The position numbers and the translations under genes were made by a program. DNA of 61,638 nucleotides, the filler included, from Choristocarpus tenellus KU-1152 (Eukaryota > Protista > Phaeophyceae): the NCBI GenBank assembly GCA_964200185.2. It is 13 parts of 13 records of this genome, joined end to end, with 100 filler letters (N's around TTAATTAATTAA, not from the genome) between each part and the next. Parts side by side here need not be neighbours in the genome. Positions count along the whole stretch, not along the records: positions 37,091 to 40,273 come from CAXNAD020021716.1; positions 40,374 to 44,691 come from CAXNAD020015136.1; positions 44,792 to 47,723 come from CAXNAD020023554.1; positions 47,824 to 50,670 come from CAXNAD020024226.1; positions 50,771 to 53,846 come from CAXNAD020022494.1; 8 more parts are not named here. One strand, given 5' to 3'. Shown piece after piece: positions 38,484 through 52,456 of the stretch; position 1 is the first letter of the stretch; every line of letters begins with the position of its first letter. The notes beneath the pieces are model-generated. The model saw only the letters and a program-made list of their open reading frames with translations, was not told the DNA's origin and searched no databases.

Positions 38484-40413
38484 CTTTCTGACAACCCCCC
38501 TAGAGCAAGGAGGGGAGGGGGAGGGGGAGGGGGGGGGGGGAAGTGGTGTGATACAGTTGATACCTCACATTGGCAATGAGTAAGAAACGGGGCAGAGGGG
38601 AAGATGGCACGAAGTAGTAGTTCCTTCATTGACAAAGGGACTTTTCGCAACAACTATTTTTGTAAGGACCTACCTTCCTTGGAGGGATTGGAAGCGTTGA
38701 ATACACAGATGTTGAAAGTCATTTCTCGAAAATTGCACACATTGCACTTCCCAGCGATTCACAAGCCAGAAAGAACACAACCCCCACCCCCCCTCCCCCC
38801 CCCAAAAAAAAATCTTGCACATAAAATAGAAGCCACAATGGATAAATGAACTGAAATAACTTCGGAGCGCTCTCGAAGAGAAAATAAGCACCACCTTTCG
38901 ACATGTGCTGCCTATTCATACACAACTAGGGAGTCACCAGCACCATATCCCTCCTAGTGCTGCTGCATTGCTCAAGGTCTCGGATTCAACTTCCTGCCTA
39001 GCCAATCTACACACGCAGCCTTCAAAAAGTTGCACTGGCTTCATCAGAAAGACCAAAACAATAAGCCGGGTTCATTGCTAAGGACAGTCTAACGCAAACC
39101 GCACACAACTTGTCTCACGTGTAGCAATACAAATTACACCCACCATCGTCTCCAAGAGTGCTCCTCACCAGTACTGAGCGCCGTTACTTTTCCAAGTCTG
39201 GTGGAAACAACACCACCCGAGAACAGACAGTAACAACAGATGAATACTCATCAACACAATAGGTCCCATAACCACCGCCTCCTTAGAAAACACGAAACGC
39301 CTCAAAACAGATTTTCGCATCCAACAACCACTTCCTCCGTTGCACACACGCGCACACACATGGTAGCACCAAAAATTCAAGGGCATGTAGAACATTGCGT
39401 GGGATTCAAACGCACGCAGATTACAGGTGCCCATGACACTCAGCACACCTTCATCATTGGCACGTCCAAAAGACCAACCACCGATCGATTCTCCTCCAGA
39501 GTCCCCCGGCTCTTAGGCCAGGGTTTTGGGATGCCCCTTCAATCACCCATTCATTGACAACGACGTAACTTGCCTCAGGTAGTTCCTCTTACCGAACTCC
39601 CCATTCTGCAACAAAACTCACAGGTCGAGCTACCTCCAAGGTTGCACTTACACACTAGAGTTGAGCCTTAATGTCCCAAACATGCCCCCAATGCTTGACC
39701 CGACCCGACCCTCTGCCCCCATGGATATTTCACCGCGGATTTCTGGGCAACACGATTGATTACCTTCAGAAGAGAAAGATGCTTACTGTCCGTGCAGCTT
39801 CACACCGTTGCTCGGGAGCTTCTACTTGCTTGGGCAGTCTCTCATAGCTGTAGCCCTAACTTCTTAACTTCCTAGCCCTAACCTGCGTACCAAGTCAAAT
39901 ATCGACCAATTTCCCCCTCCTTTCAACATTGGCAGCGTCACCAGAACCAAGGACACAACTAGAGGAGACTTTAAGCTTTAAAGCTTCTACTCTATTTATC
40001 CCCACGACCGTCTTGAGCCCTACCCGCAGTGCTCATTGATAGAGCTCCTTGGGAGTGGTGGAAGACTTAAACCAGGGTCTGTGTTTGGCCAATCAAATCA
40101 AACCGACCAAACCTCCTGCCGTCATATACCAAAAGCACGTACTGCCGATGTAAATGTTTTCACCGATTCCAGGGGGGGGGGGGGGGGGGGGGGAAAGAGG
40201 GAGAGGGGGGGGGGGGGGGGGGGGAGGGGGGGGGGGGGGGGGGGGCGCCGAAAAAAAAAAAAAAAAAAAACAANNNNNNNNNNNNNNNNNNNNNNNNNNN
40301 NNNNNNNNNNNNNNNNNTTAATTAATTAANNNNNNNNNNNNNNNNNNNNNNNNNNNNNNNNNNNNNNNNNNNNCCAAATGGACGCGGCTCTACCCTCTAA
40401 GATACTTTGGCTC

Positions 40414-43400
40414 GACTCCATGTCTTAAAGTATGCTAACACTCGCAGAACGTAGCCGTGGAACCCCCCCTTCCCCTTTCACAGATCGACAGGCGAATGTC
40501 AGACCCGTGTCGTCGACCTTAGAGCATCGTGTTAGCTCGGGCGACCATGACACTCGTCGGGTCCTATTCCAGGAAGAACCGGTCCCACCCCCAAGTTCGA
40601 CTACTACTTGTGAGGTGGTCATTTCACAGGCACAATTCGGGAATGCTGTACCATCGTTCATTGCACACCATGTTAACGAGTGCACCAGAACGAACACTGT
40701 GCCTCCTGGATGGCTTCAGGATTTGATGAAGCTTCAAGCTAGGGTAATGGACTCCGATCAAGTAAGATCTGTTGAACAGAGTAGCAGCGTCACACGCCCA
40801 CCATCAATGTCAGAAGCGAGTCGTTCAGGTTTTCCGCTTCAGATATACCATCTGATTCACATTGGTGACACCGGTGTCCTCAGAAATAGGGTCACGGGGC
40901 ATTTCTGTTTGACCACGGAGGAAAGATGCCGAACTCAAGATCAAGACGAAGATGTCATGTACAAGAGCGCAGAACCCCAGAGCTGGCACCATCAAGAGCA
41001 CCAGAAGAAGAAACCCAAGACCACGAGTCAATGGAAGACATGGAGTTTTCCACCCACCTCGATTCTGATGTGTCTAGTATCGACTCCATATCATCAAGTA
41101 CGTTGACTCTTGCAGAACGTAGCCGTGGATCCCCCCTTCCCCTCTTTCACAGATCGACAGGCGAATGTCAGACCCGTGTCGTCAACCCTAGAGCATCGTG
41201 TTAGCTCAGGCGACCATGACACTCGTCGGGTCCTATTCCAGGAAGAACCAGTCTCACTCCCAAGTTCGACTACTTGTGAGGTGGCCATTTCACAGGCATA
41301 GTTCGGGGATGCTGTACCATCGTTCATTGCACACCACGTTAACGAGTGCGCCAGAACGAACACTGTGCCTCCTGGATGGCTTCAGGATTTGATGAAGCTT
41401 CAAGCTCGAGGAATGGATGCCGATCAAGTAAAATCTGTTGAACAGAGTAGCAGCGTCGCACGTCCACCATCAATGTCAGAAGCGAGTCGTTTCAGGTTTT
41501 CCGCTTCGGAAATACCATCTGGTATTGTTATTACAGGTGCTGGAGAAGAACATTTGCCACTCTTGTTCTCCAAATGGCACGTGGCAATTTCCTTGCACTC
41601 TAGTCAGTATGGTCCCGCATCTCCTGAGACAATCAATGCTCGATGTGTAGAATTTTTACCGAAAAATCTTCAAGGACCAGCTGAATCTTTTTTTTTTCAG
41701 GGGTTGGGTGGCACAGTAGAGCGGCGTTCAACAAGTGATTAGGCTCGTTTGCAATCGTCTCCTGACACTCCCGTCCCCTTTATACCTCTAAAGACTTAGG
41801 ATGATGTCCAGAAAGCCTTAATCACCGTGTTTACTCCCGTCCATGCTTTAAGTGTGTCAGCTCGTAGACTAACGTCTTTGAAACAGGGAGAGAACGAGTT
41901 GGTTGAACAATATACTTTATGTTGTACCACAGCAAAGAATCGTTTTTTGGATGATGTTCATCGCACAACGTCGTCCTCAGATGCAGTCGATATGAAAACA
42001 TTGCTTGTCGAGCAACTGAAGATCACCCAGATAGAGGGTGGCTTACTTCCTGCGATTCGTCTAGAACAAATTCGGGACGAACCCGCCACCTCGTTTGCCC
42101 AAGTTCGTGACCGTGCCAAACGGCATGAAGCTAACCATTTGTCTGGCAATAACCCCACCCCCATAACAACATACGCAAATGCTGTGACCTACAATTCTCG
42201 TCGTGGATAGGTTCCCTGTAGCGAACTCGAGCAAGTACAACGAGAGTGCAAACGGCTACATACGGAGGTGGAACGTCACCGAGCAGGGGAGGCACCCATC
42301 AACAGAGCCCCAGCTCGGTCGTTGACGAGTCCACCTCCCACAGCCGGGGAAACTGACAGACCAACGCGACCACAAGACACGTCGCCCTATACAGCCTCAC
42401 TGTCCAACTCGATGTACACCATGGATCAACAAAATAGTGTGTGCCAGTACCCGGGTTGCCGGGGAGCGACTCGTGAGGGTCACACAACTCAGTCGAGCCT
42501 GGACAATCCGCGGGGTGCTCGTTTGCCACACATGCGTCGTAGAGGCAGGGGTTGTGGAAGTCGTGTTCGTGTTCGTGAGGACAGTCAGTCAACACCTGGC
42601 CATTATGGTCCGCGTCCCTAGGGGTGCCCAGGTGGATTTGACTCATGTCCACTTGGGAAGAGTCATGGTGTTGTTGTTGACACCACCGTAGGGAGTGGCA
42701 AGCGTCAGAGGTTGACACCAATCACACCTCTTACCCCGCAGGAATTGTTCATTGCCTGCACGCGTGTCACAAAGCATTCTTATTTGACATTAGTTCAACC
42801 AAACTCGTGTAATAACAATGAAACTTGGTTCAACAGTTCTTTGTGCAGATATCCAGCCATGCCCAAACCTTTGTCGTTTTCATGACAAAGAGTTCGTGTA
42901 TCTGGCACCGTTGAAGAACAAGAGGAAAATGACTTGACAATTGACACAGCCAGTGATGTATCATCTATTTCTGAATTATTTGTTCGCAATCACCCTCAAC
43001 TGAAACGTTCTGATGTGCATCCTGTCCCACCTGGTGCAATAAATCTACGAGCAGCAAAGGGTTCACCATTTCATATCCGTGGATTTATTCGTTTCGCACT
43101 TACACTTGGTGACACCACATTGCCAGTTGATACTTTAGTGATTCCCCAACTTGGTCCCGATAAAATTCTGCTTGATAATAGTGTTATGCAGGCATTCGAT
43201 GCAATCCTTGATTGGCAAGAACGTCTTTCATTTCACTACAGTTCGTGTACCATTCCAGCAAGACATCACATGACAAGGAGCCCCACTCAAGTACGTGATA
43301 CAAGTACCACTCCTTCGTGTTCCGTGGTGAGTATGCAACATGATTTTGACCCTATACCTGTTCATGTACATAAACAGTATAGCATACCACCTGGTCATGA

Positions 43401-44691
43401 AATCATCGTACATTGCACAACTGATACTAGTCCGTCGTTGGATACTGCCGTGGTAGTCGAGCCAGTCATACACTCCATGCCTGCTGTAGATCAAACCACT
43501 GAACCTACACAGCCATGGAATCGTATCGTAGCTGCTCGCACTCTCAGTACTTGGTCAGCAAGTAATAGATCAGTATTGGTTCAAATGGCAAATCCAACAA
43601 CACGGAAAGTATGTATCAGGAAGCATCTTGTGATAGGTCACTTAACCCCTATTTCAGATCAGGTACCAATTACTGTTAGTGCTCCAAATGCTGATTCTTC
43701 TCCATTCAGTAAAGCTAGAGAAGAGTTACATCAAGCCTTCACCAAGTCAAACGCATTCAAAGATACCACGTTCAGTCAGTCACAAATGTCTCAAATTTTA
43801 GACCTCTGTGCTCGTTATAGATCGGTATTTTCGCTTAATGCAGCAGAACTAGGCAGATGTACCCTAGTTGAAGCAGAAATTCCTATAGAGCCTGATACCA
43901 AACCTGTTGACAGGAACCCTTACAGAGCAAACCCCCGCACCCAACAAGTAATTGACTTGTGTGTTAATACTATGGAAGAGCAAGGCATTATTGAAAAACG
44001 TGCCAGCCCTTGGGGTAGTCCTGTTACTATTGTGGCGAAATCGGATGATTCCCCACGATTCTGTGTGGACTATAGGTCAACTGTTAACAAACACCTTGTT
44101 CGACAGTCTTGGACTATGCCTGATATAAAGTCTCATATTGATACTGTTGGGGGTGCAATATTTATCACCGTTTATGATATTCAGAGTGCATATTGGTAGA
44201 TTCCTGTTGCTGAGGATGACATTGATAAAACTGCTCTTGTCACGTCCAGAGGCAACTAAATTTTGAAGAGGATGCCCTTTGGGATATCAAATGCCCCTTG
44301 GCAATTTCAAAGAATTATGTCCTTAGCCTTTGCCAACTTTGGTCCATTGAGTGGGTTGCTAGTTTACATGGATGATCTGATTGGAAGGACATCTACATTT
44401 ACTAGAACAGCAGTTCAAAGCGTTACAAGCAGCAGGTTTAACTTTGAAACCGTCAAAGATCCAGTTTGGACCCAAAGAAGTACGTTACCTGGGCCACATT
44501 TTATCATCTGAAGGGAGTCGCATCGGTGAGGATCGTGTCCGTGCAATCACTGAATTACCCAAACCCACCACCATCAAAGAACTTCGATCTGTCCTAGGTA
44601 TGATCAATTTTGTGCACAAATTTGTACCCAACTTAGCCACAGTAATCGAATCATTAGTTCTCACTAAGAAAGGTGTCAGTAAGAGAGTGGA
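40414..44691 (+). mobile_element. Degenerate Ty3/Gypsy LTR retrotransposon (gag-like region, protease, RT), truncated at the contig end
   Basis: Protease IDTASDVS...ILLDNSVM; RT motifs NPYRANPR, SPWGSPVTIV, RFCVDYR, DIQSAYW, RMPFGISNAPWQFQRIM, VYMDD, YLGHILS and LRSVLGMINF. Stops at 44197-44199 and ~44257, frameshift ~44383. Confidence 0.92.
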
Positions 44692-47488
44692 NNNNNNNNN
44701 NNNNNNNNNNNNNNNNNNNNNNNNNNNNNNNNNNNTTAATTAATTAANNNNNNNNNNNNNNNNNNNNNNNNNNNNNNNNNNNNNNNNNNNNCCCCCCCGC
44801 AGATACTTTGGGTCAGGTCGGGATAGTCCTCAACAAAAAAAAAGTGAAGACAAGCAACGTCAACAACACAGAAGATGAGGGGAAAAAAGAAAGTATGAAG
44901 AGTGGAAAGAAGAGAGGAAAGAAGAGAGGAAAAAAGAAAAGAAAGAAGAAAAAATAAGGGGGATAGAGGGGCACAAAATATTTCTTTTTTAGGAAAAGAG
45001 ACAATGTCAAAAGCAGCATAGACCAGGCACTAATGGTGGTGAGTGTGGACTCAAGTACCGGTTTAGTGTAGACGTACAACAGGAACCACAGGTAGGTAGC
45101 CGTACATCATTGTGTTGTTTGTCATCGTTGTAGTAGGGCCTAAATCACACGATAGGGAGGTGCGACATGTCTTGTTTTCAAATTATAGAACCATGTTATT
45201 CTGAAGAAACAAATGTTTCAACTCTATTATCTTATTCTTTTCATCTCATCATCTAACCATATACATGAGATACACCACTTGAAGAAAACAAGGAATTATA
45301 ACATTGAAAAGAAAAAGAATGTACCAAAGCGGTTTTACGAAAGTCTCCGAGATCAACACCACCCTAATCTGGATATCCACGCTGGATAGCCCATTTCAAT
45401 AGAAAAGAAACTAGGGGAGAAACAGAAGGCAGAGGTTCGATATCGAAATCGAAAATATATCCTTCTGATTCAATTGACATCGCCAAATTGCGAGTTACAA
45501 AAACCCGCATTGGTTCCTCCCGAAGTCGTAACCGTAGATGTCGGGAAGCATGACTGCAGTTGGAGGGAGTGGTGACGTCGGACAGGGATGTCATGATACA
45601 AATATGAAATACGTCGAGGTAATGTGACTTGTCCGGGAGGTACCCAAGAGAAGCTGTATGGCTCTTGCCGGTCTCATAGATTCTCATTGTGTGGGAACCC
45701 AACCCTGACGATCGTAGTAAGTGACCTCGGCGATGCTCGCAAAGTACACATGCAGACTTGAGGAGGAAGGAGAGAGTGCCACAGTTTTTCCCCTCAATGA
45801 CCGCTAGGCCTATCACAAATTCGTCTTCCACAAAACAAGCAAAAATCTGAACGAAGAAACGTCGTCACCGTTGAGTCTAGAAACCCGTCCTGTCGAGGTA
45901 TTTCGAAGTTTGAATTATATCCACGCGCGATACTTCGCCCGGTGAATCGCTGGTGCACTTCGATCTAGGAGGAGAGTATATGCCTTCGATTCTGGACAGT
46001 ATGACCGGTCCCGGCATCGGCCAATTACTCGCGACTGCCTGCTTGTCTCACGATGGCACCTCTCGTAGACTTCCCCTCGATCCTCTTTGCGCTTTTACGA
46101 ACAGATTATCCTAACGAGCCCTTTCCCGCAACCTCCAAATCTACTTCATTTAGACATATCTATACGACCATGTCCTAGCAACGAGGATGGAAAGGCTGCT
46201 TGCATCCAAGAGGATCGGTGCAAGTGACCAAATCTTTCAGGAACATGGAATCAGCTTAATTGAAACCCTCAATGAGTTCACAAGGTTTGTCATACTCCAG
46301 GTCCACTTTCCGCCGTCCGATCTAGAGAAACACGTGACAAGAAGATACTTGCCCACCCTCCCTCTCTAGACTAGATCACACCACTGCAGGGTGACTGTCA
46401 TCACTCATTGCTTGCTACTGTCCTCCAACTCTCTTCCTTTCCTTCGCATCAAAACTCCTTCTAGACCTGGGATCTGCCAGTTTACGTCCATGGCTCACCA
46501 GCTCCTTGGGGGTCATTTGTGCACCATGGGTTCAGGCCAGAAGTTGAACTCAGGTAGCAAACAGAGTCCACTGTGAGAGCATTAACACTCTAGGAGAGGG
46601 GGCATGCAGGATTTGGAAGTGCCCTGTCAGAAAAAGAGAGGAATGATATATGATTTGAAAGATCTGATGGGAGTAGAAGAGCTTGACTTTGTACTCTTGT
46701 CTCACACTTCAACAATGGCACTTTGAGCCATGTTGATCCAATGGAATGGTCATGGCAAGATGCTAAGAGGTTAAGCTCTTGCTGAAGTTGTGTCGTTGAC
46801 TGTTATTTAGAGGTATACTATGTGGACAAACCAATGAATTGAGGAAGAACAATAGCATCTTATCACACATCAGAAAGTACTACATCTTTCCAAGATATAT
46901 TATGTGTGGATCTACTTGTGCTAAGGTGGCTGACAATGGCTGGGGAAGAGGATACTCTCCAAGGGTCGAAAATGTTAAGTACCTCAAAACCAACACAATT
47001 TTTAACCCATTTGGAAGGATAATGGCGGGTGAACGATGACAGAGTATGTATCCACAGATGTTAGAACAACGAAATTGGTGAGCAAAAAATATGGTATGCA
47101 ATATTATCCAGGGAGATTCTAACCTGCCAACATAGACAACGTATTGCCACTCTGTCTTGTATCTTTATAGAGTTGCCCCTCTATAGTTCCCCAAAACTAC
47201 TCAGTTGATAGCGTTTCTGAATCACGATACTACGGTGCCTTTGTCAACCTTGTTACTCCTTGCACAGGAAACTTGCAGTTTCTCATATCCAAAATAATGG
47301 CGAGGCCTTCCAAGCTTTCCTCGGAAACTGCAACGCTCGAACCAGAGCTCAAAAGAAGGTAGGCATCCCATCGCTACTTGAAGTACCTCACTGTCCCCTA
47401 CCAACCTATAATTTTCTTGTGACCTTCAAGGAGGGAGGACTGGTAGACTGCAGGATTAGCTGATTGGTGACAGGTTGTCTTCTACAAA

Positions 47489-47668
47489 GACCCAAAGTAT
47501 CTGGAGGTGGGGAGGGGGTCTACACCAGGGTGTCCATTTGGGTTATAACCAGGCAAGTGCACTTACATTATCCATCAGACATATGCAAACCAAATCACCC
47601 AAAAATCGCGACATAAAAAGATTGGCCCCAAATGGACAGCCGTCACCCTCCCCCAGATACTTTGAGTC
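47489..47668 (+). mobile_element. MITE subfamily A, full copy
   Basis: gacccaaagtatctggagg ... ccccagatactttgagtc; flanking aaa(g) is duplicated. Confidence 0.88.
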
Positions 47669-48339
47669 AAAGATAAAGTCACGATTGACAAGGCCTGTGA
47701 GGAAGGAAGGGGGGACAGGGTGGNNNNNNNNNNNNNNNNNNNNNNNNNNNNNNNNNNNNNNNNNNNNTTAATTAATTAANNNNNNNNNNNNNNNNNNNNN
47801 NNNNNNNNNNNNNNNNNNNNNNNCAAGGAGGGGTCTGTTGGATTCTTGGGATACTTCCTTAGCTCCCTCCCCCGGGGCACAGGAGTAGGTAGATGGGTAG
47901 ACGACGTCACCGACTGAGTAGACGGTGGTGCTGGCGGTGTTGTGAGAGACCTTGTGTGGGGTACATGGGCAGACTGGGAAACGGGCGGGGTTGGCGGTAA
48001 GGGAGATTGACTCATGGGGTGATTATCTGCCGAAATAAGCTGTTGAACCACCCGTTGATCCACCACTCTGAAATCAGTGTCCACAAATATCCCAGATGCT
48101 TTGTGAACTACAGGTTTTCTCCATCTTCAGAATAACCTCATCAAATGATAAGGGATCCTGGTCGTAGAATGGTGGGAGTAGGTGTTCATCAGGTTCATTT
48201 TCCTTGTATTCTTCCGCCATTAAGCTCTGGAACCGGTATGAGGTTGTAAAGGTTCTGGAACGTACTCTGTCGTCTCCTTGATGAACCTGTCGGCTTGTTT
48301 CCATCTCTTTCACAAATATGATACGATGATATGTTCACA

Positions 48340-48630
48340 ATAGGAATAATTAGAATTGCAATAGTAACAACAATAATATTGATGATGACGATGGTGATGA
48401 TAATATTATTTGTAATAATGATATCGATAATGCAAGGATAATAATTATTATTGCAACAAGAAGTATCAAGAACAACATTACAATAATGGTAATAATGATA
48501 CTTACAATAATGTCATAATCATAATAATGTTCAGAATTATATCAAAAATAAATAATATAATAAATATAATGATAGTTTACATAAAAGCAATGACGACCTC
48601 CATAACATTATCATGATGATATGAAGAACA
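48340..48630. repeat. Degenerate AT-rich (ATA/GAT)n low-complexity tract
   Basis: Runs of aataat, gatgat and taataa over ~290 bp. Confidence 0.7.
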
Positions 48631-50810
48631 TTGTCAATCGTATGATTCTGTGGCGGAGTGGTTCACTCAGGCAAGGGTGACAAAGAGAATCACTGGGCAA
48701 AACGGACCAGACAAACAAAGACGAACTCTAACAAAAGGTACGAGGTTAAGGTTGGACAAGTGCAAGACTGAAAGGACTTGCAGGAAAAAGTGTGGAACTG
48801 AGGAAGTGGGGAGGATCACGATTTGGATGGGTTTCAGAAAAGAAACCCTCCAGAGATAGAAGATCCGTCTTCAGAAAACCATGCTCATAAAGAGACTTTT
48901 CGGGAAGACACGGAAATCGGTATAACAGTATATGGCATACGGCAATATCGGTATAGTAACAGACAAGCATGCTTTCTACATTACCCCCGCTTCTGTTCGG
49001 CCTTGAAGCCATGTAAACATTATTCAAAGGTCAACCAAAAGGTGAGTTATGGGAGCGAGATGGGAAACATGTGTGGCTGTTAGATTGCTATTGGACCATT
49101 GTATTACAAGACTCCATTAATACAAAATGGAGTGTAATATATAAACGAGGCACATAATGAATATCTGATCAGGATAACATTAGCCTAAGGTTGATGGTGC
49201 GTGGTCAGCACGCCAATCAAGCTTAAGAGGTCTGAGAGTATGGGATCAGCATATCAATCAGTCTAAAGACGAGGCGAGAGGTATATGTGGCCAGCATATG
49301 TAGGGTCTCTTATTTCTTGTGTAAAACAGAGGATACACTCAGAATGGGGATACGAGGAGCAAAGACTATATACAATATCAACAAACGGTTTGACTAGTGT
49401 TTGTGAGTCGACATTGCTATACGGGTGTTATACGATGATTTGATCACCACTTCGATGTGTGAAAACATCTCGTGTTACATGACCAAATCAACACAGCTAA
49501 CGATGAGATCAAATTTGTGCACCCACTCTCCTTCCACAATTCTGACATCGATGGGAATATTGCTCACGACGACTACAATATTCCAAGTAGACAACTCGGA
49601 CGTACGATGTTGGTGGTTCAACTCTCCTAAAACGATACGAGGCAACTGTACGGTCATTACGTCATGTTGGGGGAATCATGCCACACACGAAAAGTAAATA
49701 ACATAATTGGCTCACCTGAACTCTCCATCTCTTACTTGGGGGTAGACTTGAATATTCAATTATTTATTTATTTCTGTTTTAGGATGAGGTTAGTCATTTT
49801 ATGATGATAAATAAATCAATTTCATGAAAACGTGACATGATGCAATGAACAGCCACCTCTATTTAGCACACAAGTGCAAACGTATTAATGTGCCCAGTGA
49901 TAACGGTCTCTTCACCATCGCATGTGTCCACTCATGCAAATGAGGAGAATTGGGAGATAAAATAAAATGTATTATCAATTTCTCTACGTCCACCAACATT
50001 TATGAGTAATCTATTTGCAAGGATTCATAAACCCGGTAAACACGAGATGTCAAGTCAGAGCTGGACGTGAACAGGCTAACTGACATCCGTTACCAGTTAT
50101 CTCATCTCTTCACAAAAAGATAGATCATACCCATCAATGACAAAATGACATACAAACGATTTGTCTAAACTAGATGGACAAGCTATGTAAGGGATTACGG
50201 GATGTGGATACCACGAGATCTGGCCAAGGAACAGTAGTCTTAAAAAAAAAGTACATAAACATTCAATTAAACAATAAAAAAAAAAAAAAAAAAAATTAGC
50301 AATGATACACACGATACTCTCTTTACTGAATTGATAGGTTACACCATGACGGCAATGCACGATATACAGACTACGCAAAGGAGTATGATAACAGTTAATA
50401 TACATTCTCAAGTCAACACCACGAGGGACGAGAATCTTACTGGTTATCCAATTCATTTACTGCTCGATAGGCTGCAATCATTTCACGGCATTGTAGGATC
50501 TGTTCTAATCTTCTGTGAAGATCACAAGACGGTCCATAGCCACAAACGACGAAGGCGATAGATAACATTAGTGGTCGAAGGACGACCAGGACCAGGTCTA
50601 TGTCCAACAGGTTGATAGATTTGATGGTCTACATCCGGTAATGGTAGTGGTTTTCCCAGAAACAAATAATNNNNNNNNNNNNNNNNNNNNNNNNNNNNNN
50701 NNNNNNNNNNNNNNTTAATTAATTAANNNNNNNNNNNNNNNNNNNNNNNNNNNNNNNNNNNNNNNNNNNNCAAATGGACAGCCGCCACCCCCTCCCAGAT
50801 ACTTTGAGCC

Positions 50811-52456
50811 CGTGTGGTTTCATCATACTCCTATATACTGTTTCTTAATGACCTTCACCATCATCTCAATGGACCCAAACCGCTCCCCCATCACCCGGCA
50901 TTTCAAAGACCTGAGGAGAAGCACAGGTCCATGATATTGAGGTCAGGGAAGTTGGATGGCTGCGTCATAAGCCTAATCGACCCCCCATCAGTCGTCCCTG
51001 CCCCTGACAAGATTTTTTTGTTGCCCTTGCCCACGTGGGGGGTAGCACCGTCTTGTTGAATGACAACGTGCTTCCCCTGCAACCAAGGCATCTTGTTCTT
51101 GATTGCAGGTAGTAACTCCTCCGTGTACCAACTCCTGTACCACAAATGGTCTAAAGTACAGTCCTGCTCATACACATTCCCCTTTTTATGGTTATTGCTT
51201 GTTCTGTCAGCCGTTTTTGGTGCACACACACACCAAACACCAAGCTTTCCATCAAATCTATTAGCCGAATCTAGGCGGGCATTGGCCGAAATGATCATGG
51301 ATTTGGGGATATGACTCTTGTGCTGCACAGTAGGGGATCCTGGAAAGTAGCTATCATCCTCATGAGGAAATACTCCCACCCTTTCCCCATCAACCATCAC
51401 GTAAAACCAGGTTTCATCCACAAGGATCATATTCACCATGGAGACGTACACACCACATTTCCGGTCCACTTGATCTCAACCAAAGTCCGTTCTCCGTACC
51501 TTTTGCCACGATTTAAGCTTGGGATTGATCCAACGGCGATTCAGCATGGTCCCTATATCATTCAACCACCTTTTGATGGTGCTCGTGCTATAATTCAGCC
51601 CCTTGGCAGCCATCTTCATTGTCACCTGACGCACTGTGGATGACCGATTATCGGAGTTGATACTATGTATTGTGGCCATCTTGGTCGGTGTGAGCTCCGA
51701 AGGCCGCCCACTATGTGCAACCACCCCTAAGTCAAGCGTGTGGCCACGGGCGAGCTGATCGGTGACGTCCTCCCAGAGCCTTCGCATGTAGCGCTCAGAA
51801 ACTCCAAACTCCGCTACAAGGGCCGGCCCAACATGTCGCAGCAGAGCCGAAGTATCTCAGAGGGTATAACCGCGTCCATTTGGGGACCAAAATCCAATGT
51901 TGCGATTTGTATTTAATTTTGGCTATCGTGTTAGTTAGGAAGTGTCAATATCTATGTTTCGGACACAGCTTTTCATAACGTATACCTTTTATCTACTCCT
52001 AAACATTTCGGATTAGGAAAATATCACTAAAAAAACGTGGGAAGCCAAGCCCTAAAAGGACAAACAGGGAAAAACTCGTACCCTCTAAGATACTGTCACT
52101 CAGCAGTTTATGTTCACCAGGGGCCATTGCGAGGGCGTGCCGCACTGCAAGCGCAACCCTGGTGTTCAGGGACACTTGTGCATCCTTCCTACGCGGGGGG
52201 GTCGATGGGGGGGTTGCCATGCTGACGTTCTGACCCTCCATGTGCCCAGTTCTAGCCTCAAAATCACCCCAAAAGACCCCTACTTTGACGACTTGAGGCA
52301 CCTCGAGTTTGTATCTGATGATCCTCGACCCCCATCTTTTCTGAAAAGCTGAAATTGTCAACCCGATTTCATTCTGTGGGGTTATTGTTCGATTCGGCGC
52401 CGTTGTCGCCGGCTAGCCCAGATGTTTCACATCACAAACCTATGGCACAGAGGTAG
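50811..52456 (-). mobile_element. Tc1/mariner element of the plant/oomycete-type (DD39D-like) lineage; transposase pseudogene (start ~52220) with its 5' TIR ending at 52456
   Basis: Motifs SGRP, VDETWFY, HKSHIPK, FDGKLG, QQDGATPH and QPSNFPDLNIMDLCF. In-frame TGA at 51476-51478 and a frameshift near 50910. The minus-strand terminus TA|CTACCTCTGTGCC resembles the Stowaway TIR CTCCCTCCGT. Confidence 0.88.
51844..52101 (+). mobile_element. MITE subfamily C inserted in the mariner transposase ORF
   Basis: gagccgaagtatctcagaggg ... ccctctaagatactgtcactc with a perfect TSD AGCA (51840-51843 / 52102-52105). Confidence 0.92.

Noticed and set aside
40171-40273. Gly/Lys-rich ORF from poly-G and poly-A runs (similar tracts at 1-78 and 13659-13752)
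   Set aside because: Homopolymer tracts, often at contig ends, with unreliable lengths; not coding evidence.
45364-45831. 155-aa ORF
   Set aside because: No motif recognised and a non-ATG start; it is likely an incidental frame in repeat-like DNA.
48650-49690. Possible LTR (tgtggc...gccaca) and chromodomain-like peptide (WVHKFDL)
   Set aside because: No TSD, PBS or second copy, and the motif similarity is too weak.
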